Source of the DNA: a virus
Lineage: Duplodnaviria; Caudoviricetes
Length of the DNA: 41,973 nt
IMG/VR virus record: IMGVR_UViG_3300012890_000088
Coordinates: 1-41,973 of that record
Direction: 5' to 3' (one strand)
Under the pieces are notes generated by a model. That model made no database searches. It was not told the origin of the DNA and saw only the letters and a program-made list of their open reading frames with translations. Below are positions 1 through 8,285 of the stretch, in pieces (position 1 is the stretch's first letter; every line of letters starts with the position of its first letter). Position numbers and translations under genes: made by a program.

Positions 1-1017
1 CTATGCATGTTCTGCGTCCTCCCACCGGCCGATTGCTGCCGTTCCGAGCTTCCGATTGTTGCGACGTCTCGCATAATGTTCGACCATAGCGAGCGACTGG
101 CCGGAGATCGCCGAGGTCTCGCCGACGGAACATCCAGCCTCCAGCAGCGCATTCACCGCGTTCTTCCGCAGCCCGTGCGTCACGATGTGGAGGCCCTGTT
201 TAGCGGCCCACTTCTGGAGTCGTGCGCTGAGCGACGACGCGAGGATCTGTCGGCCGCGGTATTGGATGATCGTGCCAGTTCGCACCGTCTGCGCGTCGAG
301 GATCTTCACCAGGGCGGAGTGCAGCCGGATCTCCAGCGGCTTGTCCGTCTTCTCCTGGACGACCGAAAGATATCCCTCTTCGATGTCCGTCCACTTCATC
401 TGGCAGACATCGCCTACCCGCTGCGCGGTGTAGTAGAGGAGGGCGACCGGTAGTCGGACGTGCGGATCGGCAAGCGCGGCGACGATCAGCTGCTCTGGCC
501 AGGGCTCGTGTGTCGCGTCTCCGCTTTCCACGAACTCGACATCCCGTGTGGGATCTGCCTGCGTCCACTCCCGCTTCAGCGCGCGCTTGAAGAGGTTGCG
601 CAGCACGGCAAGGGTCATGTTCGCAGCGCCTGGCCGATCCTGCAGCTTGTCGAGGAGGGCCTGCACATCTCGACGCTCAATCTCGCTGACCGGCGCGTCT
701 CCCATCTCCTCCTCAATGCCCCGCAGATAGATCATGTACGTCGATTGCGTGCGCGGCTTGCGATTCCGGAACTCGGGCGAGAGTTGATAGGCGCGGCTGA
801 GGTCGCGCATCGTTACCGCGGCGGCGGCGCCCTCGCGGGCGTGCCGGGCTGCGACCATCCCCGCGTAACTACGGCCGAACGCTCGATCATCGCGCGCCGG
901 CAGCCGGCGGAGAACGGGCTTGCCGCCCTCAACCTTCCCCGTGACGAAATACTCGTACACCTTGCCGCGCGACCGAACCGTTTTGATGTACGGGAGAGGC
1001 TTACCCGCTCGTGCCAT
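1..1017 (-). CDS. int: Tyrosine recombinase / phage integrase (338 aa)
   Basis: Motifs TAQRVGD (R), QEKT (K), HGLRK (HxxR), SGQS and EHYAR (Y). Start moved to the ATG at 1017 (MARAGKPLPYIK). Confidence 0.95.
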   Translation of the reverse strand: MARAGKPLPYIKTVRSRGKVYEYFVTGKVEGGKPVLRRLPARDDRAFGRSYAGMVAARHAREGAAAAVTMRDLSRAYQLSPEFRNRKPRTQSTYMIYLRGIEEEMGDAPVSEIERRDVQALLDKLQDRPGAANMTLAVLRNLFKRALKREWTQADPTRDVEFVESGDATHEPWPEQLIVAALADPHVRLPVALLYYTAQRVGDVCQMKWTDIEEGYLSVVQEKTDKPLEIRLHSALVKILDAQTVRTGTIIQYRGRQILASSLSARLQKWAAKQGLHIVTHGLRKNAVNALLEAGCSVGETSAISGQSLAMVEHYARRRNNRKLGTAAIGRWEDAEHA

Positions 1018-1240
1018 ACAGCCTCGACTTCTCGCGCCAGCTGGGCGCGTGCTCGCCCGACAAGCGTGCGACGGCGAGATCGATCGCTTCCTTTGACCAG
1101 TGCTCGTGGTTGCCGAGCTTGAACGGCATTGGCAGCCGACCGGCGGCCACCTCTCGTTCGAACTCGGGCAGCGAGAGCTCGACATACTCGGCGGCGGTGG
1201 CGCGCTTCATCGCCCGGGGAGCCCACGCCCTCACCTGCAT
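1001..1240 (-). CDS. Excisionase / AlpA-like small HTH protein (79 aa)
   Basis: MKRATAAEYVELSLPEFEREVAAGRLPMP...W pattern; directly upstream of and overlapping int. Confidence 0.75.
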   Translation of the reverse strand: MQVRAWAPRAMKRATAAEYVELSLPEFEREVAAGRLPMPFKLGNHEHWSKEAIDLAVARLSGEHAPSWREKSRLYGTSG

Positions 1241-1617
1241 TCTCCCATTCGATATTGGCGCCAGTACCGATCCCACCGGACGGCGGCGCCGGCGGCGATT
1301 GCGGCGCAGCTGAGCGAACGGCCGTCGGGCAGCGTGCAGCGCGCGACGATGCGGCGATAGCTGCGGCCCTCTGGCTGGCAGGACAGAAGCTGGTGGAGCG
1401 TCAGGCGCTCGACGATGCGCTGGCTCCGCGCGGCGGCGCGATCGTCGCAGGTGTAGCCGGCGCGGGCAGCGGCCGGGCGATGGCAGGGCGCTGCCGATTT
1501 GAAGTCCGGCGCCTGAACACCGGCCACCCGAACCTTTTCTCCTGATCGGCACCAAAGGGGGCCGTCACCATCATGCACCTTCACGACCTCGCACACGAAC
1601 ACAGGCACCGGGGTCAT
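1231..1617 (-). CDS. Thermonuclease (SNase-like) family protein
   Basis: VVKVHDGD, VRVAGVQAPD and SYRRIVARC motifs; AGGTGA RBS. Confidence 0.8.
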   Translation of the reverse strand: MTPVPVFVCEVVKVHDGDGPLWCRSGEKVRVAGVQAPDFKSAAPCHRPAAARAGYTCDDRAAARSQRIVERLTLHQLLSCQPEGRSYRRIVARCTLPDGRSLSCAAIAAGAAVRWDRYWRQYRMGECR

Positions 1618-2072
1618 TGTTCACCTAGCTGGAAGTTCGCTTGCCTGCCCGTCGAAACCAAAGCCTGACTACGACATGGCTTCTCACTTGTGTCGTTTAC
1701 CATACCATGCTTGAAACAAACGCAATGGACTTGAGACGATCCATGATGAGGGGGGCTGAATTGTTTTTCGTCGAAATCGTAGGAGCGTGGGTCACGCTGT
1801 CGGTCGCCATCGGGTTGGTGTTTGGACGAGCAATGGCCGGACGACAGACGACGCTTTGAAATAGATGCGATGATGGCTGCGACACCGCGGCGCGAGGGAG
1901 TGCTTGCGACGTGGGGCGTCGCCGGAGCAGCTGGGTTAACGGGGTGGCCGCGATAGGCGGCGACCATGCGGTGCCAGTTCGGCGCGACCGTCGAGACGAT
2001 CGTGCAGACGGCGATCACAAGGATGGCGAGCAGACACGCCCAGCCGATCACGAATTGTGCGGTGTCGAGCAT
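1614..2072 (-). CDS. Hypothetical protein with N-terminal TM helix
   Basis: ATG at 2072 overlaps the upstream stop (ATGA) and its own stop overlaps the thermonuclease ATG; hydrophobic N-terminus; the C-terminal half crosses a lower-GC patch. Confidence 0.55.
   Translation of the reverse strand: MLDTAQFVIGWACLLAILVIAVCTIVSTVAPNWHRMVAAYRGHPVNPAAPATPHVASTPSRRGVAAIIASISKRRLSSGHCSSKHQPDGDRQRDPRSYDFDEKQFSPPHHGSSQVHCVCFKHGMVNDTSEKPCRSQALVSTGRQANFQLGEQ
1761..1859 (+). CDS. Putative 32-aa single-TM peptide (MFFVEIVGAWVTLSVAIGLVFGRAMAGRQTTL), antisense to the left operon
   Basis: GAGGGGGG RBS-like motif 5 nt before TTG 1761; clean hydrophobic helix with basic tail. Confidence 0.45.
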   Translation: MFFVEIVGAWVTLSVAIGLVFGRAMAGRQTTL

Positions 2073-2509
2073 CAGCGTTGCTCCCTCATCGAGTAGATTG
2101 CGGGGGTCCGGTACGGGCGCGCGGCCCATCCGTCGGGGTGAACCCAGGCGACATCGCCGCTGGGCGCGATCACCTGGATCTTGCCGTCGGCCTTGATCTT
2201 GCCGGTCGTGGGGCACTCGCAGTGGAACACCTCGGGAAGGTCATAGCCGCCCCGCCAGATCTCGTTGTAGAGTGCCTGGCGCTTCACCAGCATGGCCGGC
2301 GCAGTCGGAATGTCGCGGCCGAGCTCGATAAGCGCGGCCTCCTGCTCTTCGGTGAACCGGTCACCACCGACGAATGCCAGATCAGTCTGCGTGCCGTTGC
2401 GAACCGTCCCGAACCATGGATAGCGCGGCTTGCTCGGCGTCCAGATCGCGTTGAGCGCCTGGCGTCCGACCGGCTCCTTGTCCGGGTCGAGGTGGAATCC
2501 GATGCCCAT
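2072..2509 (-). CDS. Hypothetical phage protein
   Basis: Translationally coupled to neighbours at both ends. Confidence 0.7.
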   Translation of the reverse strand: MGIGFHLDPDKEPVGRQALNAIWTPSKPRYPWFGTVRNGTQTDLAFVGGDRFTEEQEAALIELGRDIPTAPAMLVKRQALYNEIWRGGYDLPEVFHCECPTTGKIKADGKIQVIAPSGDVAWVHPDGWAARPYRTPAIYSMREQR

Positions 2510-2949
2510 CAGCGGCTAGCCTCCAGATACGTGATTGCCTCGGCGCTGGCCGCGGCGCGGCGCGCGAGGATCTGCTCGGCGATGATGGCGAGCTTGATGT
2601 CGGCCGCAGCCTCGATGCGATCGCGTTCGGTCGTGTCGGCGACGATCCGGACGGCGTTCAGCAGGGCGCCCAGCGCCGGCACCTGGTGCTTCTTCGCTGT
2701 CCGCATCCGGTTGGCCTGCTCGACCAACAGGTGCAGCGTTCGCGCGCCCATGTTGAGCCGTTCGGCTCGCTTGCGGATCGTCTCGCGCAGGTCGCCGCGC
2801 TCGAACCGCATCCGTGCGAGCTCGCCGTATTGGTTGGCGGCGTCGACCTCGAGGATCTGCTGCTCGATCCGCTCCAGCCGCATGACGTCGAACCGGAGTT
2901 CGTCGATCGCCTGCACCAAGTCGGGATCGGTAATGGTGCCGGCGCTCAT
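2509..2949 (-). CDS. Hypothetical helical / coiled-coil protein
   Basis: Coupled ORF in the left operon. Confidence 0.7.
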   Translation of the reverse strand: MSAGTITDPDLVQAIDELRFDVMRLERIEQQILEVDAANQYGELARMRFERGDLRETIRKRAERLNMGARTLHLLVEQANRMRTAKKHQVPALGALLNAVRIVADTTERDRIEAAADIKLAIIAEQILARRAAASAEAITYLEASR

Positions 2950-3362
2950 CGGTCAGCACCCGCTGCGAACTGGCGCTCCCACTCGGTGCGGCCGGGCCAC
3001 GCCTGCCAGTAATCGTTGGCCAGCTTCTCAGCATCACCACCCGGCAGGGTCATCTCGAACTCGGACCAGCCGATCACGTCCGTCTGCTGCTGATGGCAGC
3101 CCATCGACAGCGGAACGCAGAAACGATCGGCCACCTTGCTGCTGAGCCCCTTCGCGTCGGGCGTGCCTTTGCCAGCATGGTCGACATGGGCCGATTGGAT
3201 CGGGCCAGCGCAGAACGGATTGGCGCCCTGGCACGCGCACGGCAGCTTGCGCAGCCAGCGCTTGAACTCTTCGGCGCACTTCCACGCTGGGCGGCCGGCG
3301 CGCTCCGGCTTGCGCGGCTGGAACGCCGAACGCGGAAGGGAGCGGCCTCGCGACAGGCTCAT
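2946..3362 (-). CDS. Putative HNH-like nuclease (DUF968-like)
   Basis: WLRKLPCAC...SAHV...DRFCVPLSMGCHQQQ Cys/His pattern. Confidence 0.7.
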   Translation of the reverse strand: MSLSRGRSLPRSAFQPRKPERAGRPAWKCAEEFKRWLRKLPCACQGANPFCAGPIQSAHVDHAGKGTPDAKGLSSKVADRFCVPLSMGCHQQQTDVIGWSEFEMTLPGGDAEKLANDYWQAWPGRTEWERQFAAGADR

Positions 3363-3577
3363 GCCGCCCTCGACAGCCGGACGGTGTGCAGCTGGGCCAG
3401 CGCGGCCGGGAGATCACCCCCCTGCCCTTGGATCGACGCGCCGTTCACATGTGCATGCACGGTCCACAGCTCGCGACCGGCGACATGCTGCATCGACATC
3501 GAGCAGCTGCCAGTAGCGCCCGCGAGGCGGCGAACCGCTTCCGCGGCGCCCGTGACCGCATCCGACACCGCGATCAT
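3359..3577 (-). CDS. Hypothetical protein
   Basis: ATGA-coupled at both ends. Confidence 0.6.
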   Translation of the reverse strand: MIAVSDAVTGAAEAVRRLAGATGSCSMSMQHVAGRELWTVHAHVNGASIQGQGGDLPAALAQLHTVRLSRAA

Positions 3578-3831
3578 GCCGCGACATCCAGCGCGACGGC
3601 ATCGACCATCTTCACCCGCGCCACCTCTTGGATGACAACGAACGTGCTGGCCGGGTGCAACAGGTTCAGCCGGCGGGCTTCGGCTTCAGCCTCCTCGATC
3701 GTGCCGTGCCGCTTCCACGGCAGCGCGATCCCGTTGACCTTCATCCGAAAGCCATGCGCGCTCAGTTTCCAGACGAGGAACAAGCCCTCGAACCGCTTCA
3801 GATCCTGCTGCTGTGGGACGGCGTCGGCCAT
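3574..3831 (-). CDS. Hypothetical protein, first gene of the leftward early operon
   Basis: Strong GAGGAGG RBS on the minus strand; H...EEAEAEARRL...HP...F.V pattern typical of small phage proteins. Confidence 0.75.
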   Translation of the reverse strand: MADAVPQQQDLKRFEGLFLVWKLSAHGFRMKVNGIALPWKRHGTIEEAEAEARRLNLLHPASTFVVIQEVARVKMVDAVALDVAA

Positions 3832-3891
3832 CGGTTGCCTCCTCGTTGCCGTCTGCGGCCGCGTCGCGCGGCGCTCAGGCTAATGAGAAGA

Positions 3892-3935
3892 CAGCTACGT
3901 TATTCGTAGCTAGTGGTCAATACGATATTCGTAGC
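3892..3935 (-). promoter_or_regulatory. Leftward early promoter (PL-like) with two repressor operators
   Basis: AGCTACG-TTATT-CGTAGCT (3893-3911) and TACG-ATATT-CGTA (3921-3933) flank a minus-strand TTGACC -35 (3915-3920). Confidence 0.8.
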
Positions 3936-3937
3936 AA

Positions 3938-4354
3938 TTAATCGTCGTAGATTGGATCGGGCCAGAACCCATGACCGTCCGGCGCTTCCTGCTCCACAGG
4001 ATGGCGCGGCGCGGTGAAGCGCGTGGTGTTGCTGAGGTCGACGATCGGCTCGCTGCCGTCAAAGGTGACGCGGATCCAAGGTCCAGCGTGCGAGAAACCC
4101 TGAAAGACGGCGCGCACGGTGGCACCAGCCTTAAACTGCCCGATCAGCAACACTGCCCGTACGGACGCAACATAGCCCAGCTGGACGCCACGGCAGGAGT
4201 AGACCGCGATCGCGTTCTCGTCCGCGGGGTTCTTAGGCTCGGGGCGCAGCTCGATCGGCTCGCCTGGCTTGAGCAGCTCAAGCTCAAAGCGGCGGGTCGG
4301 CCCCTTCTTGTTCGGGTACTGAGTGCCGACGATCGCGAGCGATAACGCCTTCAA
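3938..4354 (-). CDS. Stand-alone HIRAN-domain protein
   Basis: IVGTQY...L.PEPKNPADENAIAV...LGYV signature; start uncertain (TTG 4354 or ATG-frame start at 4405). Confidence 0.85.
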   Translation of the reverse strand: MKALSLAIVGTQYPNKKGPTRRFELELLKPGEPIELRPEPKNPADENAIAVYSCRGVQLGYVASVRAVLLIGQFKAGATVRAVFQGFSHAGPWIRVTFDGSEPIVDLSNTTRFTAPRHPVEQEAPDGHGFWPDPIYDD

Positions 4355-4379
4355 CGGTGCGCGGCAGCGCCGCCCTCCG

Positions 4380-4763
4380 TCATCGCGCGCATTTAGACCA
4401 CGCAACCTGATTGGTCGGGGCGTCCGGGTCGGAGGCTTCCGTAATCAGCAGCTTGCCCGTGCTCATCTCGAGCCGAACGACACCGGACGAAAAATGGAGC
4501 AGCTCAGCCCACCGAAATGTGCCGTAAAACCCCGGCGGATCGGATGCCTGATTCAGCTGGGCAAGGTCAAGAAAGCCGTGTCGCTCATAGAAGTCGATCT
4601 GCCGCGGGCCGATGTGAACGCTCGCAGGCCCAGGCTCAGAGCAGTATTTTGCGTCAAGAGCCCAGTGCCCCTGATAGGCAGCTGGAATGTCTGTGCGGTC
4701 AGCCGGCGTGTAGCCGTCGCCGGCCGCGGCTTGGAGCAACATTGCGAGCACCGTGCCGATCAC
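4380..4763 (-). CDS. Putative secreted / periplasmic protein in the immunity operon
   Basis: GTG overlaps the cI stop (GTGA); signal-peptide-like N-terminus; IPAAYQGHW...C motif and two Cys. Confidence 0.7.
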   Translation of the reverse strand: MIGTVLAMLLQAAAGDGYTPADRTDIPAAYQGHWALDAKYCSEPGPASVHIGPRQIDFYERHGFLDLAQLNQASDPPGFYGTFRWAELLHFSSGVVRLEMSTGKLLITEASDPDAPTNQVAWSKCAR

Positions 4764-5392
4764 AGCTCCCTCGCAAACCAAATCACCCTGCCCTCGATCC
4801 GGACGTCGGCGGCGTCCACTTCAAAGTCGGGCACCAAAGGGTTATCAGACCCGATGTGGAGCTTGCCCTGGCCTGCGGCACGTAGCCGCTTGATTCCATG
4901 CATCCCCAGGTAGTCGATCCAGTAGATGCCATTAATCCGGGAGAGCTGGCGTTCGTTGATATCGACCAGCACCTGATCTCCAGTGCGCAGGGTCGGCTCC
5001 ATGCTGTCGCCGATACCCTTGACGAGCCGCAGACGATCGGTGGGCGTGCGGGTGATCGCCTGAATGAAACCAAGGCTGATCCTCACGGGTTCGCCATCGA
5101 CGAAATCCTCGATAAAGGTGCCTGGCCCCATCGAAAGCGACAGGTCGAGCGCGATGATCTCGGCGGTGTCATCATCATCGGCCGCGCGTGGCGGCGGCGG
5201 CGATCCGTTCAGCCCGAATTCCTCGACGATCAGCTTAGCCTCGTCGACGCTAACCTTCCGCTTGCCGTCGTAGATCTCAGCAATGCGCGAGGATGGCAGG
5301 TCGAGCAGCCGGCCCAAGGCGGCATTGGTTGTGCGCCCTTCATCGCGCAGCCGCTTCAGTGCAGCGAGGAGATCGGCGGAGCTAAGCACCAC
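4760..5392 (-). CDS. cI: CI-like repressor (HTH plus S24 peptidase)
   Basis: N-terminal HTH (NAALGRLLDLPSSRIAEI), catalytic GDSMEPTL and IKRL; divergent from cro; start probably GTG 5392 or 5389. Confidence 0.93.
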   Translation of the reverse strand: MVLSSADLLAALKRLRDEGRTTNAALGRLLDLPSSRIAEIYDGKRKVSVDEAKLIVEEFGLNGSPPPPRAADDDDTAEIIALDLSLSMGPGTFIEDFVDGEPVRISLGFIQAITRTPTDRLRLVKGIGDSMEPTLRTGDQVLVDINERQLSRINGIYWIDYLGMHGIKRLRAAGQGKLHIGSDNPLVPDFEVDAADVRIEGRVIWFAREL

Positions 5393-5423
5393 GAAGTCAT
5401 GCCCCGTGAGATGATGCCTGTCC

Positions 5424-5474
5424 GCAACGAACTTCGTAGAGACACTTGCGTATCTGCTACGTTTATCGTAGTGG
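5424..5474 (+). promoter_or_regulatory. Rightward early promoter (PR-like) with two operators
   Basis: GCAACG-AACTT-CGTAG (5424-5439) and GCTACG-TTTAT-CGTAG (5456-5471); TTGCGT (5446-5451), 17-nt spacer, TAGTGG. Confidence 0.78.
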
Positions 5475-5480
5475 TTGAGC

Positions 5481-5720
5481 ATGAGGACAGCGGCTCAAAT
5501 TATCGACGCGCTTGGGGGCTCAGCCGAGATCGCCCGAGACACCGGCTTCCCGCTTACCACAATTGAAAGCTGGAAGAAGGCGGACTTCATTCCCGAGTGG
5601 CGGCGGGAGCCCCTGCTCGGACTTGCCGTTCGCAAGTCGGTATCACTCGGGGCAACAGACTTCCCGCCGCGCTCGACGCGGACGGCCGCGGCCGCCCAGG
5701 CAGAACGAGCGGCCGCGTAG
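5481..5720 (+). CDS. cro: Cro-like HTH protein
   Basis: IIDALGGSAEIARDTG...TIESWKK...IP pattern; divergent from cI. Confidence 0.85.
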   Translation: MRTAAQIIDALGGSAEIARDTGFPLTTIESWKKADFIPEWRREPLLGLAVRKSVSLGATDFPPRSTRTAAAAQAERAAA

Positions 5721-5882
5721 ATGCGCGCCCTCCTCATCCTCGCGCTGGTCGTCGGCTCTGGCTTCGCTGCTTCGGCGGCATCTGGCCTGCTGACCGGTTC
5801 CTTTGCCTCGGGGTACTGGACCGGCTCGGCTTGGTTCGTCGCGGCGTCCTTCATCCTCAACAGCCGGGCGGCGCGGTCATGA
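5721..5882 (+). CDS. 53-aa membrane peptide (not in ORF track)
   Basis: ATG directly after the cro stop; MRALLILALVVGSGFAA...; stop overlaps the next ATG. Confidence 0.65.
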   Translation: MRALLILALVVGSGFAASAASGLLTGSFASGYWTGSAWFVAASFILNSRAARS

Positions 5883-6055
5883 GCGAGGCTGCGATCACCG
5901 TTGCTGCAGTCGCCGTCTACGCGCTCGCCTGCATCGCTGCGGGCAAGTTCATCGGCCTGTATTCGGGCGACGAGCGCGCGAGCGACGGCGAGGCGGATCT
6001 CGCGGGGCGCCAGGTGCAGGGTGTCCGTGTTCATGGAGAAACTAATGCTCGCTGA
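5879..6055 (+). CDS. 58-aa single-TM protein
   Basis: ATGA coupling; MSEAAITVAAVAVYALACIAAGKFIG. Confidence 0.6.
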   Translation: MSEAAITVAAVAVYALACIAAGKFIGLYSGDERASDGEADLAGRQVQGVRVHGETNAR

Positions 6056-6524
6056 TCGGCAGACTGTACGCCCGCCCGTTGCGCTGTTGACGGAAGACGA
6101 CGCCCGCGAGTTGCTGGCGAAGCCGCTGCGTGCGCTGTGCCAGGAACACGGGCCGACCCGTGTCGCCAAGGCGCTCGGCGGAGTCGACGAGAAGACGGTA
6201 CGCAACGCGCGCGACGAGAAGTCGACGCTGTGTCTCGACACGGCTGCCAACCTGCTGTCGCTCGACCCTCACGCCCTCGACGGCTTCCTCGCGCATTTCG
6301 ATCGACGGTCGGTGCCGAAAGGATCGCTCTGCGACACCGACGCGCTGCCGGCGATGACCGGCGCTGTCCACAAACTTGTCATCGCGACCGCGGCTGGTTC
6401 CGACGGTGGCGTGGCGATCACCCGCGCCGAGCTGCTCGACGCAAAATCCGACATTCGCACTGCCTTCGATGCTCTCGGCGCCCTTCTATCGCGCATCGAG
6501 CACTTCGAGCGCAGCGCAGCCTGA
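6045..6524 (+). CDS. CII-like phage regulatory protein
   Basis: GGAGA RBS; HTH (PTRVAKALGGVDEKTVRNA); C-terminal DGGVAITRAEL; position after cro. Confidence 0.65.
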   Translation: MLADRQTVRPPVALLTEDDARELLAKPLRALCQEHGPTRVAKALGGVDEKTVRNARDEKSTLCLDTAANLLSLDPHALDGFLAHFDRRSVPKGSLCDTDALPAMTGAVHKLVIATAAGSDGGVAITRAELLDAKSDIRTAFDALGALLSRIEHFERSAA

Positions 6525-6565
6525 GGACGATCTAACCGGCGGCAACCCCGCCCAGGAAACCATCA

Positions 6566-6868
6566 ATGACGATGCGTAAAGCGTCGGCTCCGTCGGAGGG
6601 CGGGTCGGCCGAAGAATTCGTGCGGCCTAACGCAGAGCACTTTACACGGCCGACTACGGGTGTAGACGGTGTGTATCAGCGGCGTAACACAGCGTTCCCT
6701 CGCTTCTCTGCTACGCCGCTGACCAACCTACCGGTCGCCGCACCTGACAGTGCGGAGACCGGACTTTTTGCACGTCCGATTGCGCATGGCCAGTTTCGGC
6801 TGCTGCCGGTGCCGCTCGACCGCGATCCCGAGTGGAACGCGCGCATAGCCGTGTGGGCGCGGTCATGA
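6566..6868 (+). CDS. Hypothetical protein
   Basis: AGGA upstream; stop overlaps the MTase ATG. Confidence 0.5.
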   Translation: MTMRKASAPSEGGSAEEFVRPNAEHFTRPTTGVDGVYQRRNTAFPRFSATPLTNLPVAAPDSAETGLFARPIAHGQFRLLPVPLDRDPEWNARIAVWARS

Positions 6869-7488
6869 CCGTCGGCAACGTCGCTCAAAACGCGAAGGCG
6901 AGCGATTACGCACGCGCGGCCGACGACTGGTATGTCGAGCCGCGCTGGTGCGTCGAGCAGCTGGCGGACGCGATCACCTTCACCGGTGACGTGATCTGGG
7001 ATCCGTGCGCCGGCGGTGGCACGATTCCGGAAACGTTCCTGGCGCGCGGCAAGCGGGTGCGGGCGACCGACATCGTCGACCGCGGCTATGAGCATCTTGC
7101 GCAGGTCTGGGACGCGACGACGCCGTGCGCTCCGCTGGCCATCGCGCCGGGCGAGCGGGTGGACGTTGTCATGAACCCGCCCTTCAAGCTGGCCGAGAAG
7201 ATCGCGCGCCGCATGCTGGTGCTGGCCGATCACCGCGTCTGCATGCTCCAGCAGCTGTCGTTCCTCGCCAGCCGCGGCCGACAGGGGCTGTTCGCTGAAT
7301 TCCCGCCCAGTGACATCCTGGTGCTCTCGCATCGGCCCTCGCTGCCGCCCGGTCACCTGATCGCTGAGATGGGCGACAAGGCATTCCGCGGCGGAACGAC
7401 CGACTTCTGCTGGATCGTCTGGACCAAGCCCCACGACCGCGAAACCCGCACCCGCTGGCTGCCGATCGGGAGCAATGATCGTGGCTGA
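6865..7488 (+). CDS. Orphan DNA N6-adenine (amino) methyltransferase
   Basis: DDWYVEP, IWDPCAGGG (SAM binding) and NPPF (catalytic) motifs. Confidence 0.88.
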   Translation: MTVGNVAQNAKASDYARAADDWYVEPRWCVEQLADAITFTGDVIWDPCAGGGTIPETFLARGKRVRATDIVDRGYEHLAQVWDATTPCAPLAIAPGERVDVVMNPPFKLAEKIARRMLVLADHRVCMLQQLSFLASRGRQGLFAEFPPSDILVLSHRPSLPPGHLIAEMGDKAFRGGTTDFCWIVWTKPHDRETRTRWLPIGSNDRG

Positions 7489-7678
7489 CCATATCGACGA
7501 AGCCCAGGCATTCACCGAGTCGCACATCGATCGCAGCATTGCCGCGGCGCGTGTGCCGATCGCCCGCGGCCAGCCCGGCGAATGTGAGGGGTGCGTAGAA
7601 GACAGCCCGCGGCTGGTGATGACCGGCGGCATGATGCTCTGCGCACCTTGCCGCGACAAGCGGGAGAAGCGCCGGTGA
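7481..7678 (+). CDS. TraR/DksA C4 zinc-finger protein
   Basis: N-terminal DHIDEA (DxxDxA) and CxxC...CxxC. Confidence 0.85.
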   Translation: MADHIDEAQAFTESHIDRSIAAARVPIARGQPGECEGCVEDSPRLVMTGGMMLCAPCRDKREKRR

Positions 7679-8262
7679 CCCTTGCATGCAGCGATTGCTC
7701 CGCTCCGATCACCCGTCAGTCGAAGACCGGTCGATGCAGGACGTGTGCGACCCGCGTCACCCTCGCTGACCCGGTCATGGCAGCGCGTCGGAAGGCTGCT
7801 CACCGGGCGGCCTGTGCCCAGCCCTCCTACCGCGCGATGATGTCCGCGGCCCGGGCGAAAACCGAGGCCGAGCGGAGAGACGACCCTCAGTGGAAGGCGT
7901 ACAAGGTCGCGTCCGGCAGGCGGCTGCGCGCTGACTACAATGCAAGCGAGGCAGGCCAGGCCGCGAACCGGGCAAAGCGGGCGTCGGTGGGTCAGAAGGC
8001 ACGCGAGCGGATGCTCGCCTGGTGCCCCGCCGACCGCCGGGACGAATATACCAAGCTCCGCGAAAAGATCGGCGCTCCGGAAGCCCGCCGCATGATGGAA
8101 GCCGACATCGCGCTGCGCGAGAGCGCCCGCCTCGCCGCCATGACACCGTTCGAACGGCAGATGGAGCGCGTGAAGAACGGCGCCCGTGTCGTCGACAAGC
8201 CCGTGTTCCGGAAAGCCGACCACGACTTCACCCTCGGTGGCGTCGCCACCGGGCTCATCTGA
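7675..8262 (+). CDS. Hypothetical basic protein with N-terminal C4 zinc finger
   Basis: GTGA coupling; CSDC...CRTC. Confidence 0.7.
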   Translation: MTLACSDCSAPITRQSKTGRCRTCATRVTLADPVMAARRKAAHRAACAQPSYRAMMSAARAKTEAERRDDPQWKAYKVASGRRLRADYNASEAGQAANRAKRASVGQKARERMLAWCPADRRDEYTKLREKIGAPEARRMMEADIALRESARLAAMTPFERQMERVKNGARVVDKPVFRKADHDFTLGGVATGLI

Positions 8263-8285
8263 TCACCAGCGAAGGACGCATCACC

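Noticed and set aside
1-60. attL/attR core repeats
   Set aside because: The window begins at the integrase stop and ends at a stop codon, so flanks are not available
6865-7488. Restriction-modification system
   Set aside because: No adjacent cognate endonuclease; orphan MTases are routine in temperate phages
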